DNA from: an uncultured Gammaproteobacteria bacterium
GTDB taxonomy: Bacteria > Patescibacteriota > Patescibacteriia > Magasanikbacterales > UBA922
Reading direction: 5' to 3'
Assembly (NCBI GenBank): GCA_964435035.1
Contig: CAYSXR010000006.1
Span: forward strand, 420 to 64,419
DNA length: 64,000 nt
The notes under the pieces: model-generated
What the model was told of the DNA's origin: nothing
The model's database searches: none
What the model saw: the letters and a program-made list of their open reading frames with translations, nothing else
Program-made: the position numbers and the translations under genes
Shown: positions 55,820-64,000 of the stretch, in pieces
Layout: each line of letters starts with the position of its first letter
Position numbering within the stretch: the first letter of the stretch is position 1

Positions 55820-56785
55820 TTATCCTTCCCATTTATTGATATATTCAATTGCAGAGAGAGCTGCTGTAACTCCCTGGCCTGCGGCGATAACTATTTGTTT
55901 ATAGGGAACGGTAGTCACATCGCCTGCTGCGAATATACCAGGTACTGATGTTGCGCATTTGAGATCAACTACGATTTCTCCGAGAGGTGTACGATCAACA
56001 GTCGTAGCAAAGCTTGAATTAGGAATATTTCCAATGTGTACCATGACACCATTTGTGTCAATTGTTTGTGTACTGTTATTAACATCCGTATAGGTTACCC
56101 CAGTCACATTCTCAGAACCTAGGATTTCAATAGTTTTTGCAGCGTATATGATTTCAACATTTGATGCTTTTTTCACTTTATCAATCAAGATATTTTCCCC
56201 TTTTGGAAATCCACCATTGGTTTCTTTGGTATTGGGAAATTTGGTAATACAATATACTTTGGTTGCAAGTTCAGACATCATGAGGACTGATTCGAGGGCA
56301 GCATTTCCAGCTCCGATGGTTGTGGTTATTTTTCCTCGGTACAGTGGACCATCACATACGGTGCAATACGTAACACCCTTACCACGCAATTCTTTTTCTC
56401 CAGGAATTCCGAGTTCTCGTGGGTGAATACCACTTCCGATAATTACTGTTTTTGTGTAGTACAACTTTTCTTTTTTTGAATAATCCTCAGTTTTTACAAT
56501 AAAATAATTTGCTTCTTTTTCAATTCCAGTCACTGCATATCCTACGTCTGCTTTAACGCCGTAGGATTCTATATGTTTGTAAAATTGTTGAGCAAGTTCA
56601 AAACCAGTGGTATGAATAATGCCTGGCCAGTTTTCAACTTCTCCCGAAAGAGCAACTTCTCCGCCAATATCTTTGGTAACCACAGCAAATTTCAAATTTC
56701 TCCGTGCAGCATATACCGCAGCCGCACATCCTGCAGCAGCAGCTCCGATAATGACGAGGTCGAGGAGGTCGTTTTTTTGAGACAT
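55820..56785 (-). CDS. trxB: Thioredoxin-disulfide reductase
   Basis: FAD motif LVIIGAAAAGCAAAVYAARR, redox-active CTVCDG, and an NADPH motif. Confidence 0.9.
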   Translation of the reverse strand: MSQKNDLLDLVIIGAAAAGCAAAVYAARRNLKFAVVTKDIGGEVALSGEVENWPGIIHTTGFELAQQFYKHIESYGVKADVGYAVTGIEKEANYFIVKTEDYSKKEKLYYTKTVIIGSGIHPRELGIPGEKELRGKGVTYCTVCDGPLYRGKITTTIGAGNAALESVLMMSELATKVYCITKFPNTKETNGGFPKGENILIDKVKKASNVEIIYAAKTIEILGSENVTGVTYTDVNNSTQTIDTNGVMVHIGNIPNSSFATTVDRTPLGEIVVDLKCATSVPGIFAAGDVTTVPYKQIVIAAGQGVTAALSAIEYINKWEG

Positions 56786-56787
56786 AT

Positions 56788-56829
56788 GGTAGTTTTCTGG
56801 TTATCTAGTTTTCTGGTTATCTAGTTTTT
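56788..56829. repeat. Dispersed motif copy 4 (two tandem units AGTTTTCTGGTTATCTAGTT)
   Basis: It overlaps the last 10 codons of rpe (LEKLDNQKTR), i.e. the repeat supplies the rpe C-terminus and stop. Confidence 0.6.
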
Positions 56830-57463
56830 CTAATTGATTTTTGATGTATGCAATTTGATCAGCTGGTGAATGTTCCCGTTTGAAAACCAAACTTCCTGGA
56901 CAAATCGCATGTACACCACTCTCAATAATCGCGTGCAGCGTGTCTTCATGTACTCCACCATCTAGTTCTGTATACAACTCAGGATACGTCGTCCTACATT
57001 GAGCAATTTTTCGAAGAACTTCAGGAATTAATTTTTGACCCTGGAATCCAGGGGTAACACCCATAAAGAGTACTCCATCGATAAGATCTATGTAATGGTG
57101 AATAGTTGAAAGAGGGGTATTGGGATTTAGCGCAAGAAAAACTTCCCGACCATACATCTGTACATGTGTGATGGCGGCAGCAATGTCCTCAACGGATTCA
57201 ATATGGATGATGAATCGAGTGACAGAGGAAATATCTTTCCATAGAGTAATGGTCTCGAGTGGGGACTCATCCATGAGGTGGAGTTCAAAAGTATAGTCAT
57301 CAATATGGTGGACAATTTCAGGTTCACTCCATGTAGTATTTGGAACAAAATGTCCATCTGCAATATCAAGTTGAAGATGGGTGACTGCATGATCGAGTGC
57401 TGTAATTTGTGTCAAGAATTCTTGCTTACTCGAGACTAGAATCGATGGAATGATATCAATCAT
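56801..57463 (-). CDS. rpe: Ribulose-phosphate 3-epimerase
   Basis: IIPSILVSS...LQLDIADGHFVPN and GGVHEDT motifs. 220 aa. Confidence 0.85.
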   Translation of the reverse strand: MIDIIPSILVSSKQEFLTQITALDHAVTHLQLDIADGHFVPNTTWSEPEIVHHIDDYTFELHLMDESPLETITLWKDISSVTRFIIHIESVEDIAAAITHVQMYGREVFLALNPNTPLSTIHHYIDLIDGVLFMGVTPGFQGQKLIPEVLRKIAQCRTTYPELYTELDGGVHEDTLHAIIESGVHAICPGSLVFKREHSPADQIAYIKNQLEKLDNQKTR

Positions 57464-57933
57464 ATACCCTTCTCAAATTCCTGAATTTTTCCAAGACGTC
57501 GGACATGCCGCTCTGATTCACTAAACGGAGTTTCGAGCCATCTCTTTACAATTGCCATAGCAAAATCTTCTGAGAGGTGATCGGCTGCAAGGCATAATAT
57601 ATTAGTATTATCATCTTTCATCATGGATTCCCCAGCTGCAATATTATATCCAATACCTGCACGGACTCCAGGGACTTTGTTTGCAGCTATACATACTCCG
57701 ATTCCATTCCGGCATACGAGAATACCACGTGCATTTTCAGCTACTATGCGTTTTGCAAGAGGGAACGCATACTCGGTGTAGTCATCATGTTCTACAAATT
57801 CGAGTGGTCCCATATCTTCAATTGAGCGGTTGAGTTCATTTTCGATAAACCGAACTAGGCGCTTTTTGAGGGCGTATCCACCATGATCTCCTGAGATGTA
57901 GAGCGGTCCTGTATACATAAATAAAAAATTCAA
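57460..57933 (-). CDS. rpiB: Ribose-5-phosphate isomerase B
   Basis: LacAB_rpiB fold (ISGDHGGYALKKRLV...GILVCRNGIGVCIAANKVPGVRAG). It overlaps rpe by 4 nt. Confidence 0.8.
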   Translation of the reverse strand: MNFLFMYTGPLYISGDHGGYALKKRLVRFIENELNRSIEDMGPLEFVEHDDYTEYAFPLAKRIVAENARGILVCRNGIGVCIAANKVPGVRAGIGYNIAAGESMMKDDNTNILCLAADHLSEDFAMAIVKRWLETPFSESERHVRRLGKIQEFEKGI

Positions 57934-58131
57934 AACTTAAAGCTCAAACACCAAAACTAAATCAATTTTGAGAGCTTGTGTGCATAAGAAAGTATATCAA
58001 TGTTTATTGTAATTGGTAAAGGGAGTGTACTCATAATTTGACGGCTGTGCAAGTTGTAGCTATGATAGAAATATAGTAAAAATTCAACCATATTCATCCA
58101 TATTTTTTTCTTTACTTTTAACCCCCACCAT

Positions 58132-58581
58132 ATGAAAGTCAAAGAATTGATGGATACTAAAGTGCTTTTCGTGACTCCGAATACTACATACGAGGATGTA
58201 GGACGTCTTTTGTATACTAATCAGGTAACCGGTATTCCGGTTCTCGATGAACAAGAGCGTGTAGTGGGATTTGTGTCAGAAAAAGATATTGTACGGATAC
58301 TCTACCCGTGGTATAAGAGTTTTTATGAAAGTCCTGAAAGTTATACTGACATGGAGTCGAGAGAATCAAAAGCAGGGGACATTAGAAATACCAAAGTCGA
58401 AGTATTCATGAAAAGAGATATTCTTACGGTTACTCCAGATGACCCCATCATGAAAGCCGGTGCACTCATGCTCGCTCATGATGTGAACCGTTTGCCTGTG
58501 ATTGAAAATGGAAAAGTAGTGGGAATGGTAAGTCGTGATAGTATTTACAAAGTAATACTCAAGAAGAATTTTGGGCTGTAA
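58132..58581 (+). CDS. CBS-domain pair protein
   Basis: Two CBS motifs (VTGIPVLDEQERVVGFVSEKDI; VNRLPVIENGKVVGMVSRDSI). Confidence 0.7.
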   Translation: MKVKELMDTKVLFVTPNTTYEDVGRLLYTNQVTGIPVLDEQERVVGFVSEKDIVRILYPWYKSFYESPESYTDMESRESKAGDIRNTKVEVFMKRDILTVTPDDPIMKAGALMLAHDVNRLPVIENGKVVGMVSRDSIYKVILKKNFGL

Positions 58582-58619
58582 TTTTTGACTTTTTGCACAT
58601 AATCTTGTACAGTTGCACT

Positions 58620-58820
58620 ACAATAAAAGAAGCGCATTTTTCTGCAATCAACAGAAATTCTATTATAGAAGCGCTAGAGGAAGAATCTCAGTTTAATTGG
58701 GACTAGAACCTCTCGGGTATGCCCGTAATAGCTGCAAATAAGTGCTACCAATCGTAGAAGCAGGATGGTACCGCCCGGCCCCTGGCCTGGCTCCTGCAGA
58801 TAGGGTAGCTTTTTAATTTC
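58620..58820 (+). promoter_or_regulatory. Candidate T-box riboswitch leader for ileS (Ile specifier AUC)
   Basis: AGGATGGTACCGCCCGG at about 58756 resembles the T-box consensus AGGGUGGNACCGCG with 2 mismatches. An upstream GAAGAAUCUCAG carries an AUC codon in a specifier-like context. A T-run lies at about 58813. The secondary structure is not fully resolved. Confidence 0.45.
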
Positions 58821-58902
58821 CAAGTTCAAATTTCAAAGTTCCAATAAAATGTCAAAGTAAAAATTTTGGACTTTGAAATTTGGATTTTGAACTTTATTTT
58901 AT

Positions 58903-61785
58903 ATGCCATATAACGCACAAGAACAAGAATTAGAAATACTCAAACATTGGGACAAAACTGATGCATTTCGAAAATCAGTAGAAAATCGCCCAGTTGATAC
59001 GCAATATGCGTTTTATGATGGACCTCCATTTGCAACCGGTCTTCCTCATTATGGTCATATTGTAGCGAGTGTAATGAAGGATGCGGTACCTCGCTATTGG
59101 ACCATGCAAGGAAGACGGGTGGAGCGTGTATGGGGGTGGGATTGTCATGGACTCCCGATTGAAAATATTGTTGAAAAAGAACTTGGTACCAAAAGCAAAA
59201 AAGATATTGAGGAAATGGGTGTGGCAAAGTTCAATGAACTCTGCCGATCAAAAGTATTAGGATACGTTCCTGAGTGGGAAAAGACAATCAAACGATTGGG
59301 GCGCTGGGTAGATATGAAGCATGCTTATCGCACCATGGATAATACCTACATGGAGTCAGTCTGGGCTGTATTCAAGCAACTCTGGGACAAAGATTTGATT
59401 TATCATGGATACAAACCCATGCACATTTGTCCTCGATGTGAGACGACGCTTTCACAGCAAGAAGTAACTGAAGGATACAAAGATATTAAAGATATTTCAG
59501 TTACTGCTAAATTTAAAATTACAAATGCAAAAGAAAAACTAGGTATCGATGGTAATGTCTACATGCTTGCGTGGACGACCACTCCATGGACATTACCGGG
59601 GAATGTGCTACTTGCAGTCGGAAAAGATATCGAATATTCTCTGGTAAAAAACGGAGAAGAACAGTTTATTCTTTCGGGAGAATTAGTTGAAGTTAATTTT
59701 GAAGGAAAAGAGTACGAAGTGGTGAAAAAACTTTCAGCTGATGAATTGGTTGGTTTGGTCTATGAGCCATTATTCCCATATTTTGCCGATAGTAAAAATT
59801 CTTTCCGTGTAGTCGCTGCAGATTTTGTAACCACCGAAGATGGAACTGGTGTGGTGCATATTGCACCTGCATTTGGTACTGATGATTATGAAGTATTCAA
59901 AAAAGAAAATGTTCCGTTTATTCAACATGTAAAAATGGATGGAACATTTATTGATAAAGTTACAGATTTTGCGGGCATGCATGTGAAACCGGCAGAAGAT
60001 CATATGGCGACTGATGTCGAAATTGTAAAATGGCTTGCACATAATGGAAAATTATTTTCAAAGAAAAAATACGAACACAGCTATCCACATTGCTGGCGTT
60101 GTGATACTCCATTGATTAATTACGCGACGAGTAGTTGGTTTGTAAATGTCACGAAAATAAAAGTACAAGCATTGAAGCAAGCGGAAAAAATCAATTGGTC
60201 TCCTGAACATATTAAAGAAGGGCGATTTGGAAAATGGCTCGAAGGTGCACGGGACTGGTCTATTTCTCGACAGCGTTTTTGGGCTACCGTCATCCCTGTG
60301 TGGCAGAGCGCTGATGGGGATTCAATATGTGTTGGCTCCATGAAAGAGCTTGAAGAACTGTCAGGAAAAAAAGTAGATGATCTGCACAAACACATTGTTG
60401 ATACTATTACGTTTGAAAAAAATGGTAAGACCTATACTCGAGTACCTGATGTATTGGACACCTGGTTTGATTCTGGTTCCATGCCCTATGCTGAAGTACA
60501 TTATCCATTTGAAAATAAAGAAAAATTCGAAGCAAGCTTCCCTGCAGAATTTATTGCAGAAGGTCAGGATCAGACTCGTGCATGGTTCTATTATTTGCAC
60601 GTGCTTGCAGTAGGATTATTTGGGAAAACTGCGTATAAGAATGTAATCGTCAATGGAATCGTGCTTGCAGAAGATGGAAAAAAGATGAGTAAGAAATTAC
60701 AGAATTATCCAGACCCGAATTTGATTCTTGAAAAGTATGGTGCTGATGCATTACGTTATTATTTGTTGACCTCACCGGTCATGGCAGCAGAGAATCTGAA
60801 TTTCTCGGAAGCAGGAGTACGAGAAATGTATAACAAACTCATAAACACGTTGTGGAATGTGTGTGAGTTTTATGAACTGTTTGCAGAAAAAGTCGAAAGT
60901 CGAAAGTCGAAAGTCGAAAGTAAACACATTTTGGACCGTTGGATTATTTCCAAACTTAATATTTTGGTTAAAGAAGTTACCGAGGGAATGGAAGCGTATA
61001 AATTAGCTGAGGCAAGTCGTCCGATTGTAGAATTTGTCACTGAATTGTCGCAGTGGTATGTGCGACGAAGCCGTGATCGTTTCAAGGGTGAGGATGTTGG
61101 TGATAAAGAAGCGGCGCTTGCTACGCTCCACACGGTTTTACTAACTCTATCAAAAGTGATGGCACCATTTACACCATTTATTGCAGAAACTCTGTATCAA
61201 AAAGTGGGAGGAGAAATGGAAAGTGTACATCTCGAAGATTTTCCCGTGTATAATAAGAAAGAAGTTGATGAGAAAGTGTTGGGGGAAATGGAACATGTTC
61301 GAAAAGTAGTAGAAATGGGCTTAGCACTTCGAGCTCAAGCTGGAATAAAAGTACGACAAATTCTATCAGCATTATATTTTGATGGGGTTACACTATCAGA
61401 TGCTGCACAAAAAATTATCGCAGATGAAATGAATGTAAAGTCAGTTGTTGCTGGTATGCCTGAAACAAGTGGATATTGGTTAAAAAAAGAAAATGATCTT
61501 ATCGTGATACTCGATACTGACCTAACTGATGAACTGAAGAAAGAAGGTTTGGTACGAGAAATTGTGAGAACTATAAATCAGATGAGAAAAGAATCAGGGT
61601 TAACGGTGGAAGATAGGGTAGTGATTTACTGGTATACTGAAGATGCACAATTTCGTGCAGTGTTCGAAGGCTATAAAGATAGTATTGCTCAATCAGTACT
61701 CGCGACAGAATTAACTGAGAAACAAACTGATACTAAAGTTTCCATTGAAGGAATAGAGATTTCACTAACCATTGAAAAGAAATAA
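58903..61785 (+). CDS. ileS: Isoleucyl-tRNA synthetase
   Basis: 960 aa with HIGH (PFATGLPHYGHIV), KMSKS (KMSKKLQN) and a CP1 editing domain. Confidence 0.95.
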   Translation: MPYNAQEQELEILKHWDKTDAFRKSVENRPVDTQYAFYDGPPFATGLPHYGHIVASVMKDAVPRYWTMQGRRVERVWGWDCHGLPIENIVEKELGTKSKKDIEEMGVAKFNELCRSKVLGYVPEWEKTIKRLGRWVDMKHAYRTMDNTYMESVWAVFKQLWDKDLIYHGYKPMHICPRCETTLSQQEVTEGYKDIKDISVTAKFKITNAKEKLGIDGNVYMLAWTTTPWTLPGNVLLAVGKDIEYSLVKNGEEQFILSGELVEVNFEGKEYEVVKKLSADELVGLVYEPLFPYFADSKNSFRVVAADFVTTEDGTGVVHIAPAFGTDDYEVFKKENVPFIQHVKMDGTFIDKVTDFAGMHVKPAEDHMATDVEIVKWLAHNGKLFSKKKYEHSYPHCWRCDTPLINYATSSWFVNVTKIKVQALKQAEKINWSPEHIKEGRFGKWLEGARDWSISRQRFWATVIPVWQSADGDSICVGSMKELEELSGKKVDDLHKHIVDTITFEKNGKTYTRVPDVLDTWFDSGSMPYAEVHYPFENKEKFEASFPAEFIAEGQDQTRAWFYYLHVLAVGLFGKTAYKNVIVNGIVLAEDGKKMSKKLQNYPDPNLILEKYGADALRYYLLTSPVMAAENLNFSEAGVREMYNKLINTLWNVCEFYELFAEKVESRKSKVESKHILDRWIISKLNILVKEVTEGMEAYKLAEASRPIVEFVTELSQWYVRRSRDRFKGEDVGDKEAALATLHTVLLTLSKVMAPFTPFIAETLYQKVGGEMESVHLEDFPVYNKKEVDEKVLGEMEHVRKVVEMGLALRAQAGIKVRQILSALYFDGVTLSDAAQKIIADEMNVKSVVAGMPETSGYWLKKENDLIVILDTDLTDELKKEGLVREIVRTINQMRKESGLTVEDRVVIYWYTEDAQFRAVFEGYKDSIAQSVLATELTEKQTDTKVSIEGIEISLTIEKK
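60891..60918 (+). repeat. 7-bp x4 microsatellite (AGTCGAA)4 inside ileS
   Basis: gcagaaaaAGTCGAAAGTCGAAAGTCGAAAGTCGAAagtaaac, encoding KVESRKSKVESK. The related GTCGAAAG/CTTTCGAC motif also occurs three times at 15849..15947. Confidence 0.8.
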
Positions 61786-61795
61786 ATTAATACAT

Positions 61796-63301
61796 ATGAA
61801 ATATACTGTTCACACAAGTATCGAAGAATTAAAACCGTGCAATGTAGTATTATTTCCGGTATTTGAAGATCAAAAAGTTGAAGCAGAGCTTAAGAATTTT
61901 GGAATACTTGATGAGGTGAGGAAAAAAATCGTGGGTGCAGTAGAATTAGAAGAGTTCACAGGGAAAAAATTGGAAAAATTGGTATTGCATACTGAAGAGA
62001 AAAATCATCCTCGCATTATGCTGGTAGGGTTGGGTAAAGACAAAGAATATTCAGTAAAAAAATTACGTGAATGTGTGGGTGCTGCATTTGTTATTGCACA
62101 AAATAAAAAATGGAAAAAAGTTTCTCTCGTACTTACGAATGCTTTAAAAAAGAAAGAAACAATTGAAGGATTGGGTTCTCTGTTGGTGCGTGCGGCTGAA
62201 ATTTCTACGTATGCATATGATGAACATAAGACCGATGTGGAAGCGCGTTCAGTTCCGATTGAAGAAGTGCAATTCGTTGGGCTCGTAAATGCAAGTGAGA
62301 AAAAAGCTTTTGAAAAAGGTATTGTATATGGCAAAATACTGGCAGAAGGTGTGAATTTTGCACGCCATCTAGGGAACACTCCACCAAGTACTATGACGCC
62401 AACGTATCTAGCTGACGCAGCTGTCGAAATGGCAAAAAAGAGTAAGATCAAAGCTACGATACTTGGAAAAGCAGAAATTAAAAAATTGAAAATGGGGTGT
62501 TTGCTCGGTGTAGCGCAAGGATCTGAACATGAACCAAAATTTATTATTGTAGAATATTGGGGAGCTGCTAAGACTCAAAAACCAACAGTGTTGGTAGGAA
62601 AAGGAATTACCTTTGATTCTGGTGGATTATCACTCAAACCAGCAAATTGGATGTCTGAAATGAAATACGACATGCTTGGAGGTGCGGCTGTACTTGGTGC
62701 AATCAAGGCTGCGGCAGATCTCAAACTCAAAAAAAATATTGTAGCGTTGATTCCTGCAGCAGAAAACATGCCAAGTGGCACCGCATTTCGACCTGATGAT
62801 ATTCTGGTGGCAATGAACGGAAAAACAGTTGAAATTTTGAATACTGATGCTGAAGGACGGCTCATTCTTGCAGACGCACTGGTATATGCAAAGAAATATG
62901 AACCATTAGAAGTAATAGACCTCGCCACTCTTACGGGCGCGTGTATGGGAGCTCTTGGATCAGAACGATCGGGAATATTTACTCCCGATGATAGCATGTG
63001 TGAAAAACTGGTTGCGGCAGGTGATGGGGTGGGGGAACTATTGTGGAGACTGCCACTGGGTGAAGAATATAGTGAAGCTATGAAGAGTGAAATTGCTGAC
63101 ATTAAAAATCTGGGTGGAGTAGGAAATCCTGCATTTGGTGGAGCTTCGACCGCTGCTGCATTCCTCCAATTTTTCGTCGATTACAAATGGGCGCATATTG
63201 ATCTAGCAAGTGCCATATTTATGGGCAAAGCAAAACCATGGCTAAGGCCTGGTGCAAATGGATTTGGTGTTGAGACGCTTGTGGCGTATTTATCTCGGTA
63301 A
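61796..63301 (+). CDS. pepA: Leucyl aminopeptidase (M17)
   Basis: NTDAEGRL, VGKGITFDSGG and the metal-ligand pattern. The start was chosen at MKYTVHT. The TTG at 61772 overlaps the ileS stop. Confidence 0.85.
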   Translation: MKYTVHTSIEELKPCNVVLFPVFEDQKVEAELKNFGILDEVRKKIVGAVELEEFTGKKLEKLVLHTEEKNHPRIMLVGLGKDKEYSVKKLRECVGAAFVIAQNKKWKKVSLVLTNALKKKETIEGLGSLLVRAAEISTYAYDEHKTDVEARSVPIEEVQFVGLVNASEKKAFEKGIVYGKILAEGVNFARHLGNTPPSTMTPTYLADAAVEMAKKSKIKATILGKAEIKKLKMGCLLGVAQGSEHEPKFIIVEYWGAAKTQKPTVLVGKGITFDSGGLSLKPANWMSEMKYDMLGGAAVLGAIKAAADLKLKKNIVALIPAAENMPSGTAFRPDDILVAMNGKTVEILNTDAEGRLILADALVYAKKYEPLEVIDLATLTGACMGALGSERSGIFTPDDSMCEKLVAAGDGVGELLWRLPLGEEYSEAMKSEIADIKNLGGVGNPAFGGASTAAAFLQFFVDYKWAHIDLASAIFMGKAKPWLRPGANGFGVETLVAYLSR

Positions 63302-63325
63302 AAAGATAAAGAATTTTAGTGGGTT

Positions 63326-63349
63326 CCTCCCCCTTTCCCAAGGGGGAGG
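63326..63349 (+). terminator. GC hairpin CCTCCCCCtttcccaaGGGGGAGG
   Basis: A perfect 8-bp G/C stem after pepA. Confidence 0.5.
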
Positions 63350-63421
63350 TCAGGTAGGGGTTGAGGATCGGAGTGAACAACATAAAAACGGTCTAAAACA
63401 TGTGTAGGCACTTCGACCTGC

Positions 63422-63459
63422 AACCCCACCCTGTCCCTCCCCTAAGAAGGGGAGGGAAC
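63422..63459. repeat. GC-rich hairpin repeat (second copy of the 9137 element)
   Basis: AACCCCACCCTGTCCCTCCCCtaagaaGGGGAGGGAAC, which is 36/39 identical to 9137..9175. Confidence 0.6.
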
Positions 63460-63476
63460 GTACTAAGAAATTTATT

Positions 63477-64000
63477 ATGATCGCACATATTCAAGGAACT
63501 ATTATCGGGAGCACGAAACAGAGTGTGATTGTGGCAACACAATCTGGTCTTGGGTATGAGGTTGTGCTTCCAGCTTACAAACTTCTTGAATTAAATACGG
63601 GAGTTCCGGTGTCACTTTTTATTTATCATAAAGTAAGTGAGAATAGTCAAGAATTATTTGGATTTTCACAGCTTGAAGATAGGGATTTCTTTATGCTTCT
63701 TATGACCGTATCTGGAATTGGGCCAAAAAGTGCGATGAATATTATGTCCCTTGGTTCAATCGAAGATATACGCGATGCAATTGCGAGAGGAGATGTGGGT
63801 TATCTTACCTCGATTCAAGGTATGGGAAAGAAAACAGCGGAGCGGCTTGTGGTAGAATTGAAAAGTAAGATTGATTTGGGTACAAGAATATCAGTTCGTT
63901 CAAAGCCTATGGACGGAGTGTTGGATGATGTGGTTGAGGGACTGATTTCTATGGGATATACTAAGGACGAATCAAGGAGTATGCTTCAAAATATTGAAGG
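63477..64000 (+). CDS. ruvA: Holliday junction branch-migration protein RuvA (3'-truncated by window end)
   Basis: MIAHIQGTIIGS...FGFSQLEDRDFFMLLMTVSGIGPKSAMNI has an OB fold plus HhH motifs. Confidence 0.8.
   Translation, partial: MIAHIQGTIIGSTKQSVIVATQSGLGYEVVLPAYKLLELNTGVPVSLFIYHKVSENSQELFGFSQLEDRDFFMLLMTVSGIGPKSAMNIMSLGSIEDIRDAIARGDVGYLTSIQGMGKKTAERLVVELKSKIDLGTRISVRSKPMDGVLDDVVEGLISMGYTKDESRSMLQNIE

Noticed and set aside
58801-58900. Low-complexity caaag / tttcaaa direct and inverted repeats upstream of ileS (similar tracts at 51290-51390, 55651-55690, 57931-57970)
   Set aside because: They are AT-rich low-complexity promoter-region sequence with imperfect periodicity. They could not be distinguished from compositional noise without genome-wide statistics.
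62575-63102. 175-aa ORF antisense within pepA
   Set aside because: It is inside a confidently assigned M17 aminopeptidase gene.

Overview
This window is an AT-rich bacterial chromosomal segment (roughly 35-40% GC by eye) with the gene content and style of a reduced-genome, CPR/Patescibacteria-like organism. It spans the replication-origin neighbourhood (dnaN-dnaA facing rpmH-rnpA-yidD, with DnaA boxes) and many housekeeping genes: ychF, rmuC, rpsT, holA, polA, tig, rpsF-ssb-rpsR, galU, trxB, rpe, rpiB, ileS, pepA, ruvA, three tRNAs and a Xer-like recombinase. The most striking real system is a type IV pilus locus (pilB-pilC-pilM-pilN-pilO on the minus strand, plus three prepilin-like genes including a 590-aa adhesin-like pilin) followed by a tandem array of 11 divergent paralogs. 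Each paralog carries a conserved C-terminal two-helix TrbC/VirB2-like pilin domain and a hypervariable, often Cys-rich N-terminal ectodomain. One paralog carries a perfect 90-bp internal duplication. Scattered among the AT-rich core genes are about nine short GC-rich islands with strong GC3 codon bias. They encode small unknown proteins (several membrane-anchored, one very acidic, one Cys-rich), and some have native-looking AT-rich promoters and terminators. Several dispersed repeat families are present: a 73-89 bp MITE-like palindrome in three copies (one overlapping the holA 5' end), a roughly 25-34 bp motif at four loci, GC-rich hairpin repeats, and an inverted ATCCGT iteron-like array. A candidate T-box leader precedes ileS, and ileS contains a 7-bp x4 microsatellite. 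Coordinates of hand-located small features may be off by 1-2 nt.
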